Of a stretch of 64,000 bases of DNA, positions 28,731 to 37,160 are shown piece by piece. The translations under genes were made by a program, and so were the position numbers. The stretch comes from a virus. Where the stretch lies: positions 23,861 through 87,860 of IMG/VR virus record IMGVR_UViG_3300045988_128837; one strand, 5' to 3'. Every line of letters begins with the position of its first letter. The stretch's first letter is position 1. The notes below the pieces were generated by a model. It saw only the letters and a list, made by a program, of their open reading frames with translations, was not told the DNA's origin and did not search any database.

Positions 28731-29123
28731 TTATTTCCCCTCACTTTTAAACTCTTCAATCTCTCTCCACGCCAAAACACTTTCGTCGTTATAGTATAAA
28801 ATGTTACTGTTACGCCTTCTCCATCCATGAGAATCGTGCCATGACCTATGAGTGCATTCACCTTTTATAAAAACCCAAACGTACTTAATATCTTCTGGCA
28901 GATCATCAGGATTCTTTCTTAAGTCATGCCATCTATACTTTTCTTTATATTCTTTTAACTCTTTCAATTCTCCCAGCCACTTCGCAAGTTGCTCATGATT
29001 TAAGGCACAGTCAATCAATCCATCAAGTTCTTCATCGTCTGGATTCGCATGACACAACATGGCTTCTGTGTATTTCTTTGTTGTCATATCATTTGCGCAT
29101 TTGATAGTTTCTTCTAAATTCAT
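28731..29123 (-). CDS. Hypothetical protein.
   Basis: ORF only. Confidence 0.35.
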   Translation of the reverse strand: MNLEETIKCANDMTTKKYTEAMLCHANPDDEELDGLIDCALNHEQLAKWLGELKELKEYKEKYRWHDLRKNPDDLPEDIKYVWVFIKGECTHRSWHDSHGWRRRNSNILYYNDESVLAWREIEEFKSEGK

Positions 29124-29138
29124 TTGTTTCTCTCCTCT

Positions 29139-29426
29139 CTAATCAATATCTGCGATACTCTCTACAAAACAGTTATAATAAATATATCTCTTACCTTTGT
29201 AGTCAAACTTGACATATCCACCATCATTTGTATCAATATCAATTTTTCCTTTATATTCAGCAATCTTCTTACCGTCTGCCGTGTATACTGTAATGACTCT
29301 ATTCATACCACCATTCCAATTGCTTTTCATATCAACAACTCCTCTTTTGAATCCTGCGGTACATCCTGTCATTGATCCTAAGCAAATCGTTGTTCCTAGA
29401 ACCGTTGCCAAAATTTTCTTTCTCAT
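29139..29426 (-). CDS. Small lipoprotein.
   Basis: Signal peptide plus lipobox MRKKILATVLGTTICLGSMTGC. Confidence 0.5.
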   Translation of the reverse strand: MRKKILATVLGTTICLGSMTGCTAGFKRGVVDMKSNWNGGMNRVITVYTADGKKIAEYKGKIDIDTNDGGYVKFDYKGKRYIYYNCFVESIADID

Positions 29427-29834
29427 TTATTTCTCTCCTTCTTCCTTATAGTAATATCCATACAAGCAACAATCTCCAGAATCCCATGTGTCGTAATAAC
29501 AACCGTCTGAAATTGCAACTACATGATTCGCAACATTTACCAAGTAATTGCCTTGTTTATGATCTTTTGCAAAACTTTCAACTGTTGGTCGTTTAGATCC
29601 TTTTCGGTTGCTAATACCTTGATAAGCAAACCCATTATCGAATAAATATTCTTCGTAACATTTTCGCTCTGATGGCATACACTGCATATCCCTTGCGTAT
29701 GGTAACAAATCATCAAATGTTGTTAACCATTCTTTATCAAGCACTTTTGTTAATGCTCTGATCACGCAATCTGAATGATTGTCTTTTGTATCTTTATCGT
29801 TTGGTTGATAATATCTGTAAATTTTATTTGACAT
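29427..29834 (-). CDS. Hypothetical protein.
   Basis: ORF only. First gene downstream of a strong minus-strand promoter. Confidence 0.4.
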   Translation of the reverse strand: MSNKIYRYYQPNDKDTKDNHSDCVIRALTKVLDKEWLTTFDDLLPYARDMQCMPSERKCYEEYLFDNGFAYQGISNRKGSKRPTVESFAKDHKQGNYLVNVANHVVAISDGCYYDTWDSGDCCLYGYYYKEEGEK

Positions 29835-29890
29835 TTTCTCACTCCTTCATATTTCATTTTCTTGAAGTTTACCTTTCATTTGTTGAATAT

Positions 29891-29928
29891 AATATACCAC
29901 TTCTTGCACATAGTGTCAATACAAAATC
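29891..29928 (-). promoter_or_regulatory. Sigma-A-like promoter (TTGACA, 17 nt, TATATT) driving the minus-strand gene array.
   Basis: Minus-strand reading: TTGACACTATGTGCAAGAAGTGGTATATTATATT. Shares the GTGCAAGAAGT core with the promoter at 822-859. Confidence 0.5.
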
Positions 29929-29937
29929 TTCAACTTC

Positions 29938-29969
29938 TTGAATATTTTATTTTACATCCTGTATATAAT
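29938..29969 (+). promoter_or_regulatory. Divergent plus-strand promoter (TTGAAT, about 18 nt, TATATAAT) for the HTH gene.
   Basis: Plus-strand reading: TTGAATATTTTATTTTACATCCTGTATATAAT, followed by GGAGG, 8 nt, ATG. Confidence 0.45.
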
Positions 29970-30000
29970 ATGTTACAATATAGATGTGGAGGTATATCAT

Positions 30001-30204
30001 ATGATAAGTTATAAACCGCTTTTCGTAACTTTAGCGAAAAAGGGTATGACAAAATCTGATTTACGAACCGCTTTAAATATGGGGTCTGGTACAATTGCCA
30101 AGATGGCAAAGAATCAGTATATCAGTCTCGAAAACATTGACAAAATTTGCTTATATCTTGATTGCAAAGTTGAAGATGTTATCGAGGTCATACCAAACGA
30201 TTAA
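30001..30204 (+). CDS. XRE/Cro-like HTH DNA-binding protein. The only plus-strand gene in the window; start at MISYKPLF.
   Basis: Strong RBS GGAGGTATATCAT before ATG at 30001. HTH-like GMTKSDLRTALNMGSGTIAKMAKNQYISLENIDKICLYL. Confidence 0.45.
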   Translation: MISYKPLFVTLAKKGMTKSDLRTALNMGSGTIAKMAKNQYISLENIDKICLYLDCKVEDVIEVIPND

Positions 30205-30244
30205 CCAAAAAGACTTTAACCATTTAGGTTGAGGTCTTTTTTAG

Positions 30245-30382
30245 TGGAAACAACAGGAATCGAACCTGTGTCGGCAATTTATATGTGATGAAAATTAAAT
30301 GTAAATAAATAAAAATACTTATATGGAGGTAGAAAAATGAATGTTTATGTATTGCCTGCTCTACCAACTGAGCTATGTTTCC
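30245..30382 (-). tRNA. tRNA-like gene with canonical acceptor, D and T arms but an insertion of about 70 nt between the anticodon-stem strands. Candidate intron-containing tRNA or tRNA pseudogene; possible CAU (Met-type) anticodon. CCA is not encoded.
   Basis: Minus-strand reading: GGAAACA-TA-GCTC-AGTTGGTA-GAGC-A-GGCAA[TACATAA...74 nt...]TTGCC-GAC-ACAGG-TTCGATT-CCTGT-TGTTTCC-A. The acceptor stem pairs 7/7 and the T-loop is canonical. Confidence 0.4.
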
Positions 30383-30399
30383 ATGACTGGCACTTTATA

Positions 30400-30446
30400 C
30401 AACTATATATAGTGGTTCAATAATTGGATAATCACTATATATTGTG
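30400..30446. repeat. Inverted repeat ACAACTATATATAGTG-N17-CACTATATATTGTGT, related to the palindrome at 18597-18643.
   Basis: Read directly from the sequence. Shared core CACAATATATAGTG on the reverse complement of the right arm. Confidence 0.5.
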
Positions 30447-30512
30447 TTTTATAGAGTCATAAAATGCCAGTTTTATGTTTGTGAAATTAATTTTTGTAGA
30501 TGAATTTATTCG

Positions 30513-31247
30513 TTATTTGCGAGCATTTTTCATCTGATCTAATATGGCTTTAGCTTCTTGCTGTCGCTCTTCTTGCTCCATATGATAATCCAATGTTTCT
30601 GCACTAGATTCATACGCAATAGCAACGCCTTTGGATTGTTCGCTAAGTTTCTTTGCTCCTTCTCGAACCTCTTCCAAACCTTCCTGAGCAGCATTTAAAC
30701 TATTGTATTGGTCTAAATTTTTCTGCAATTCTGCAATCTGCTGATCTGCTTCCATCTGGAGAACCACAGTATCTTTTTCACCTTTTAACTTAATGAGCTG
30801 ATCATATGCTTGGTTTTTAATTTCTTCTTGTTTATCTTTTGTTGCTTGCAACTCTGGGATTTTCTTTTCGTACACTGATTTCTGTGCCTTGAGCGTGGCT
30901 AATTTTTGAGCATAATACATTGCTTTTTTATCATCATTGTTATCAATATACTGGTTGATCATTGCCTCGGTTTTAGAAATTTCTTCTTTTGTTTCTTTGA
31001 GGTTATCTTCCATTGTTGCCAATCGACCAGCTACCATTGTGTATGTACCCATTGTTTTCTGGTAGAAATCCTGCTTATCTTTAATTGCAGTATTATATCT
31101 GGCTCTTGCTCCCTCTGGAGTCATTGCATTTTCTTTGATTTTTTCTGTAACTGTTCCAGATGCCACATTTTTAATCTGCTTTCCATTTTTAGTAAATTGT
31201 AAATATGCGATAATCGCTACAATTACACAAATAATAATAATTGTCAT
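30513..31247 (-). CDS. Membrane-anchored coiled-coil protein, PspA/IM30-like.
   Basis: N-terminal TM helix MTIIIICVIVAIIAYL. Long heptad-rich coiled coil resembling PspA/LiaH organisation. Immediately downstream of the flotillin gene. Confidence 0.35.
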   Translation of the reverse strand: MTIIIICVIVAIIAYLQFTKNGKQIKNVASGTVTEKIKENAMTPEGARARYNTAIKDKQDFYQKTMGTYTMVAGRLATMEDNLKETKEEISKTEAMINQYIDNNDDKKAMYYAQKLATLKAQKSVYEKKIPELQATKDKQEEIKNQAYDQLIKLKGEKDTVVLQMEADQQIAELQKNLDQYNSLNAAQEGLEEVREGAKKLSEQSKGVAIAYESSAETLDYHMEQEERQQEAKAILDQMKNARK

Positions 31248-31261
31248 AATAATTTCTCCTA

Positions 31262-32722
31262 TTAGAACTCACGGTAATCTGCTGGCTCTGGTGTTCCAAG
31301 ATTTTCATTATCTGTAGATTCTACTTCTTTATCTTCAGAAACAAAATCTTTTAGCATCTTTGCAAGATCAACACCTGTAGATCCTTTAACACCATCTGAT
31401 ACCTGATTCACAACATTCATAATATCTTTTGTTAATTTTGTTGTGTTTCCTTCTCCATACATAGTGATACTTCCTACATTTCCTAATGGTGCGGCTGCAT
31501 TTTTAACTGCTTCTGGGAACATCTGGCACATCATTTCTACAATAGAAGCTTTACCCATCTGTTTCATAGCTTCTGCTTTCTTTTCGATTGCTTCTGCTTC
31601 AGCAATACCTTTAGCTTTGATTGCCTCGGCTTCTGCTACACCCTTTGCACGAATACCTTCAGCTTCCTGTTCCATAGCATATTTTGTAGATTCAGCTTCT
31701 TTTTCTTTAGCATATTTATTAGCTTCAGATTCTTTCTGTCTCTTGTATAAGTCTGCATCTGCTCTCTGCTGAGAAGCATATTTTTCAGCTTCTGCTTGTT
31801 TCTTAATTTGCGCATCTAATGTCTGCTCTGTTACCTCAACGTCTTTACGCTTCAGTTCAATTTCCTTTTCCTGACGCATAATATTAGCATCCGCAGTTAC
31901 AACTTCAATTTCTTTACGTGATTTTTCTTCCTGAATCTTGTATGCTGCATCTGCCTCAGCCTTCTTTGCTTTTGAAATCTTCTCAAGTTCAGATTTTTTA
32001 ATTTCCAGATTGTTATTCTTTTCTGCGATCGCTGTTTCTGACTCAACCCTTGCATCATTCGCTTCTTTTTCAGCCATTGCTTTTGCTTTTTCAATATCTC
32101 TTTCGCTTTCAGCTCTGGAAATTGCAGCCTTCTTCTGAATTTTAACAACATTATCTACACCAAGATTTTCAATAACATCATTATCATCCATAAAATTCTG
32201 CACATTAAAACTGATGATATCTAATCCCATTGCAGCAAGGTCTGGCTTCGCATTTTCTGTAACAAGCTGTGCAAATTTCTGACGATCAGAAACCATTTCT
32301 TCGAGGCTCATCTTTCCAACGATCTCTCGCATATTACCTTCAAGGACTTCTCTTGCGACCTGTCCAATATCGCCTACTGGCTTATTTAAGAAGTTTTCTG
32401 CTGCAAGTTTTAATCTTTCTGGATTACTGCTAACCTTTACATTGACCGCTGCATCTACATTGATATTGATATAATCTGCTGTAGGCACAGAGCTTGATGT
32501 CTTAACATCAATTGGAATTAACTCAAGATTAAGATGATCTGCTTTTTCAAAGAATGGGATTTTTAACCCTGCCTTACCAATTAATGTCTTAGGTGTCTTT
32601 CTAAGTCCAGAAATAATATAAGCTTTATCTGGACTTGCTTTGACATAACCGCTACCGATAATAGCTCCTACGCCACCTACCGCAATAACCACTGGTACCA
32701 CTGTTCCAATTACTTCAATCAT
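31262..32722 (-). CDS. Flotillin-like SPFH/band-7 protein (FloT/YqiK family).
   Basis: N-terminal TM helix, SPFH domain, long coiled coil with Ala/Glu repeats AEAEAIKAKGIAEAEAIEKKAEAMKQ typical of flotillins. Confidence 0.65.
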   Translation of the reverse strand: MIEVIGTVVPVVIAVGGVGAIIGSGYVKASPDKAYIISGLRKTPKTLIGKAGLKIPFFEKADHLNLELIPIDVKTSSSVPTADYININVDAAVNVKVSSNPERLKLAAENFLNKPVGDIGQVAREVLEGNMREIVGKMSLEEMVSDRQKFAQLVTENAKPDLAAMGLDIISFNVQNFMDDNDVIENLGVDNVVKIQKKAAISRAESERDIEKAKAMAEKEANDARVESETAIAEKNNNLEIKKSELEKISKAKKAEADAAYKIQEEKSRKEIEVVTADANIMRQEKEIELKRKDVEVTEQTLDAQIKKQAEAEKYASQQRADADLYKRQKESEANKYAKEKEAESTKYAMEQEAEGIRAKGVAEAEAIKAKGIAEAEAIEKKAEAMKQMGKASIVEMMCQMFPEAVKNAAAPLGNVGSITMYGEGNTTKLTKDIMNVVNQVSDGVKGSTGVDLAKMLKDFVSEDKEVESTDNENLGTPEPADYREF

Positions 32723-32788
32723 AAATATCTCCTTTGTTTATAAAATTTATTTATTACAACACCATATATAGATGTCATAACCTAGTTG

Positions 32789-33121
32789 CTAAATACATCC
32801 GCCACAAGAATTAGGGCGAAAATCCTCTTCGTTGATTGCCTTGAAAATCTGACGCTGAACATCAATATCTGTTGTAATTTCATCTAACCAATACTTATTA
32901 GACTCAATCCATTCATCTTGTTTCAGTCCGTCATAATATGACTCCCATTCTTCAACCCAACCTTTGAAATACCATCTCTCATATTTCTTATATGTATTCA
33001 TAGGTTCTGTGCGTAAGTCTTCTGGAATCTTATCGGTAACATCTTTGCCATCAACATAAAGCTTCCATTCCCCAATACAGAGTGCAAAACCACGACCTGT
33101 CCATTTTGCTTTAACTTCCAT
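32789..33121 (-). CDS. Hypothetical protein.
   Basis: ORF only. C-terminal CGGC. Confidence 0.35.
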   Translation of the reverse strand: MEVKAKWTGRGFALCIGEWKLYVDGKDVTDKIPEDLRTEPMNTYKKYERWYFKGWVEEWESYYDGLKQDEWIESNKYWLDEITTDIDVQRQIFKAINEEDFRPNSCGGCI

Positions 33122-33141
33122 ATTTAATCATCCTCTTCAAT

Positions 33142-34104
33142 TTAATTTCCTAATGCAATTAATGAATTTCCACATGTAATTCTGTCTGTGTCTTCTTCTT
33201 TCGACGGAACAAATACAATTACATCCCAACCGTCTTTTACAAGTGGTTGTTCAAATTTTTCATATACGTCAAAATCTGTTACGATCTCATATCCTTCGTT
33301 AACTGCTTCAACTGTTTCATGGATAGGAGTAATCTTGACAATGCATTTTTCCTTATCGAAATACTTGTTCATCAAATCTACGTCTAAATTACTTTTGGAT
33401 GTAACAGCAAAATTCAATGTATACTTACGTTTCTTTGGCATTGGCAACCAATCAATAATGCCTCCGATCTCTGTTAAAGATAATGAACATCCTCGAAACA
33501 TTTCATTTCTTTGTTCTTCATTAAGAGTATTGATAGAGAACTGAAGACCAAAGCCATCTTCTCCACCATATTCGAATCCAGTTTTAACCCATTTATGTAA
33601 AAATTCTTTTAAATTATTATTTGCCTTTGGCATCATTGTAGAAATTACTGGATGATATGTGTTGAAATGTATATCACTGTCTGGATCTGCTAACATATGT
33701 GCAATCTGTTTAGCCGAAGCAATTACATTTTGATTAAATGTAGGCTCTCCCATTCTTGCATAATGTACATTTAATCGTTCTCCATGTCTGATTCCTGATA
33801 AAGCAATTCCAGAAGTGATCTCCATCATTAACTCTGGCAACGATGCGTTTCCTTTAAATCCAAGTTTAGGGCAATCACAGAAATTGCAATGCATCGGGCA
33901 ACCTTTCTGTGACGAAACAGTCACAACTAATTTTTCTCTAATATCAACTGGTTTATGTTCAACTTTTTCAATTCGTTTATCATACCCAAGAAAATCTGCC
34001 TTAATGTTGTTTTCCTTGCCATAATCACCAACAAATAAGTATTCCAATGTTAAATCTGTATCGGAGATAATTTCTCCTGTATGTGTGTCTGTAATCTGTC
34101 TCAT
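33142..34104 (-). CDS. Radical SAM enzyme, RlmN/Cfr-like (truncated; lacks the N-terminal domain).
   Basis: CxxxCxxC at SSQKGCPMHCNFCDCPK resembles SSQVGCxxxCxFC of RlmN. MGEPTFN parallels GMGEPL. C-terminal TCGNSL parallels the RlmN ACGQL second catalytic Cys. Confidence 0.45.
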   Translation of the reverse strand: MRQITDTHTGEIISDTDLTLEYLFVGDYGKENNIKADFLGYDKRIEKVEHKPVDIREKLVVTVSSQKGCPMHCNFCDCPKLGFKGNASLPELMMEITSGIALSGIRHGERLNVHYARMGEPTFNQNVIASAKQIAHMLADPDSDIHFNTYHPVISTMMPKANNNLKEFLHKWVKTGFEYGGEDGFGLQFSINTLNEEQRNEMFRGCSLSLTEIGGIIDWLPMPKKRKYTLNFAVTSKSNLDVDLMNKYFDKEKCIVKITPIHETVEAVNEGYEIVTDFDVYEKFEQPLVKDGWDVIVFVPSKEEDTDRITCGNSLIALGN

Positions 34105-34134
34105 TTTCTCTCCTTCCTTTAAATTACTGTTTTA

Positions 34135-34602
34135 TTAATCAAATAATCCATACCCAAAGTGCTGTCTCAGTTCATGATTCCAACTATTAATCGATTCAAC
34201 TTTTCGCTCTTTGACAAGCTTATATCGAAAATCTTTAGGCATAGACAATGCGATAAAATTCATAATAAGTTTTGCACAGTCTTTCCTTTCTTCGATATAA
34301 TACACGCCATCTTCTTTATAGAAATCAACCTCTTTAAAACACCCAGAATTATTTAAAATTTCAAATGCTGTTTCGCTAATTTCTGATTCTTGATACTCTG
34401 TCCAAATCAGTCTCTCACTTCTACAACCAAGACCTAGCCCCGTATAATCTTCATTACAATTAAAACCTACTCCTAGCTTTTTACAGCTGTCTTTATACGC
34501 TTGTCGAATTTTATGAATATCATAGTTACAATCAAATAAAAAACTTTCTGATATTTTATGCCCATCTTCCGACCAGTCGCCTAATTCTAATTTATAAATC
34601 AT
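34135..34602 (-). CDS. Hypothetical protein.
   Basis: ORF only. Confidence 0.35.
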   Translation of the reverse strand: MIYKLELGDWSEDGHKISESFLFDCNYDIHKIRQAYKDSCKKLGVGFNCNEDYTGLGLGCRSERLIWTEYQESEISETAFEILNNSGCFKEVDFYKEDGVYYIEERKDCAKLIMNFIALSMPKDFRYKLVKERKVESINSWNHELRQHFGYGLFD

Positions 34603-34659
34603 TCCAGTCTCCTTTCTTTAGGCACCCACCCGTCAAATATGACGAGCAGGTATATCATC

Positions 34660-35049
34660 TTAATCTTCTAAAGAATCAATCATCGCACGTAATTCTGCTT
34701 CTGACATCTTCTCAATAGCCTCATCCTGTTTCTTGGAAAGAGCATCAATATATTTTCTCTGTGTCAGTTTCTTATTAATACGTTCCTTCTCAGCAAGTCT
34801 CTCATTACGTTTTGTTATAAAGATATACTTCACAATACCAATCGCAGCTGTTAACTTTGGATCAACATTTGCATCATCCAACAGACTTTCTTCTGAAGAT
34901 TTAACTTCCTGATCTTTCAGATTTTTATAAACCACGTCTAAATCTTTATCAGATAAATCCCATAAATCTTCTACGGATAATTCTCCCTTTGTTGATGGGA
35001 ATCTCAATTTGCTTCTTGTTGCCATTTCGAATAACTTTTCTGTTGTCAT
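34660..35049 (-). CDS. Hypothetical protein.
   Basis: ORF only. Confidence 0.35.
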   Translation of the reverse strand: MTTEKLFEMATRSKLRFPSTKGELSVEDLWDLSDKDLDVVYKNLKDQEVKSSEESLLDDANVDPKLTAAIGIVKYIFITKRNERLAEKERINKKLTQRKYIDALSKKQDEAIEKMSEAELRAMIDSLED

Positions 35050-35069
35050 AATTTAATCTCCTTTTTATG

Positions 35070-37139
35070 TTAAAATTTAATTTTAAGAACTCTTTCTGTT
35101 GCACCCTTGACTTTAACGATCACATCATCTCGTTTTGTAGAACTGAAACCAATTCCTGATAGCTGGTTTGGATCATCTGCGACATGCATCTTACTTCCTA
35201 AAGCCTCGAATACTCTTTTGTGCTGTACTAATTCCTGCTTCAAAAACTCATTGAAGAATCCATTTGGAGTATCTTCATTTACACATCCATTTAACATAAA
35301 CAGATAATGTTTATGTCCAATACCTGTCTGCTCGTCCCAATAGTTAGGTGAATAACACATTACTGTTACTGGCACAAACTGATTTGTATTGATTCCCCAG
35401 ATTTCTCTTGAAGATGTTGTTGATGGAAGTTTCTCTTTGATTGTGAATACTCCATCTTTTAATGTAACTGTAGCCACTGGAACATCTTCGTTCTGACGTA
35501 AAGGCTTATCATATTCAAATTCATAAATCTGTCCATCAAATTCAATCTCTGCTGTAAATCCAGAAACTCCATTTCTATGAGCAAAATTTCTTACGAAAAA
35601 TTCATATTCTCCGTCAACCATTTTGGATTTATCTGCCCATGTAATATTTTCTACGGCAGGCTCTCCTCTATGTGGATGAGTTACATCAACATCAAGGCTT
35701 CCACCAGTTGCATAATCATGCATTGAAGCATAATAGATATGATGACGTGGAGTTCTGCAATGTGCATCAAAATCATCCTGATTCCAATCTGTATTTGCAT
35801 TCCACTGAATTGAGAATCTTAAAACTCCATCAACTGCACCACCTGCGTTCTTAACTCTTTCTTTCATTTCACTGTCTGTCATATTTCCTGAATATGCCCA
35901 GCTGAAAGGATTACTCCACTTCATCATGTTCTTAGCATCTTTATTTACAGGTGCGATCAGTGAAACCATATTCTTCTTGTGACGATTTTCAAACAGAACT
36001 TCTAATTCTTTTGCCGTTGGAAGTACATCTGATACGAATTTCTCTGCACTGATTTCTTCGACTTTAGAGAACTTCTTAGGATTTACAGCAACTTCCTTAC
36101 TCATCTCATCGAAAATATCTAAACCGCCCTGAATACGTGGGGCTGCATCACGATTACAAAACAGGATATTGTTGACTGTAATATCATCAAGTTCCGCAAA
36201 TCTACGCTGTAATGAATCCATATATCCTAAATCAGTCACAGTTTTCTTTGCATCCTCAAGCATTTTCTTTGTAAAAATTGCCTTTGGTCGTTTGTAATTC
36301 GCAGGAGCTACAACATTTTCATAAGCCTTAACCGCATTATCTAAGTCCATATCCTCACTGATATTTACAAGCAATGTACCAATACTATGGTTTCTAATAC
36401 GACCAATTACATCTCCGATAGTCATTGCTTTTGCCCATGTGTATGTATCTTTTTCTTCATCAGACAAAGCATTATATTCTCGCTGATATTTTCTAAAGTC
36501 TTTTAAGACTCTTTCCCATTCCTGTCCTCTGTAAAGAGTATTTGAAGCGATCAGTTCTAATACGGTATCAACAGCTTCTTCTGTAATCTCATCGAGTGAT
36601 CTTTTAAACACATTCTTTCGATCTCTAACTTTTGCTTTTGCTGTAGGAATATCGGATTTTCTTTCTAGTAATCTCTCTGGAATCGGTGTATACATATGAG
36701 TCCATTTGATAATCTGCTTATCTTCTGTATACTCATTTGTGGTTTTTGTACCAACTGTATTTGTAAAATGTCTCCAAATATCTTTGATTGGTTTAGATTC
36801 TACATATGTTCTCAGAGCATCAACTACTGGCTGAAATACGGCATCCTCAGTGTCAATCTCCCAGATCGTATGAATCTTGCCGTCAACAATTGCCACAGCT
36901 CCACCGATTGTTTTAATAAAGTTTCGGCAATGACCACAGTCATATTCTCGTCGTTTGCGATACATTTTGTTTGTTCCTTCAGGAAAACTACTCAGATATA
37001 CTTCCCACAGCACATCTTTATCAATATCAGTTTCATACAATGTAGAATTGTTTTTCTCTACATAGTCGAGCATTTTATTTAAACGCTCTGACAATTTGTT
37101 TAAAAAATTGCTCCAGTTTTCATTCATTGGCGTACACAT
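35070..37139 (-). CDS. Large hypothetical protein (689 aa), ORFan.
   Basis: Long uninterrupted ORF. No motif recognised by eye. Confidence 0.4.
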   Translation of the reverse strand: MCTPMNENWSNFLNKLSERLNKMLDYVEKNNSTLYETDIDKDVLWEVYLSSFPEGTNKMYRKRREYDCGHCRNFIKTIGGAVAIVDGKIHTIWEIDTEDAVFQPVVDALRTYVESKPIKDIWRHFTNTVGTKTTNEYTEDKQIIKWTHMYTPIPERLLERKSDIPTAKAKVRDRKNVFKRSLDEITEEAVDTVLELIASNTLYRGQEWERVLKDFRKYQREYNALSDEEKDTYTWAKAMTIGDVIGRIRNHSIGTLLVNISEDMDLDNAVKAYENVVAPANYKRPKAIFTKKMLEDAKKTVTDLGYMDSLQRRFAELDDITVNNILFCNRDAAPRIQGGLDIFDEMSKEVAVNPKKFSKVEEISAEKFVSDVLPTAKELEVLFENRHKKNMVSLIAPVNKDAKNMMKWSNPFSWAYSGNMTDSEMKERVKNAGGAVDGVLRFSIQWNANTDWNQDDFDAHCRTPRHHIYYASMHDYATGGSLDVDVTHPHRGEPAVENITWADKSKMVDGEYEFFVRNFAHRNGVSGFTAEIEFDGQIYEFEYDKPLRQNEDVPVATVTLKDGVFTIKEKLPSTTSSREIWGINTNQFVPVTVMCYSPNYWDEQTGIGHKHYLFMLNGCVNEDTPNGFFNEFLKQELVQHKRVFEALGSKMHVADDPNQLSGIGFSSTKRDDVIVKVKGATERVLKIKF

Positions 37140-37160
37140 AATTTATCTCCTTTTCATGTA

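Noticed and set aside
30245-30382. Interpreting the tRNA insertion as a group I intron.
   Set aside because: The insert is about 74 nt. Group I introns need over 200 nt for the P1-P9 core, so a different explanation is required.
31262-32722. Calling the Ala/Glu-rich coiled-coil protein a tape-measure or structural protein.
   Set aside because: The N-terminal TM helix plus SPFH/band-7 domain plus EAEA repeats fit flotillin much better. No neighbouring tail genes.
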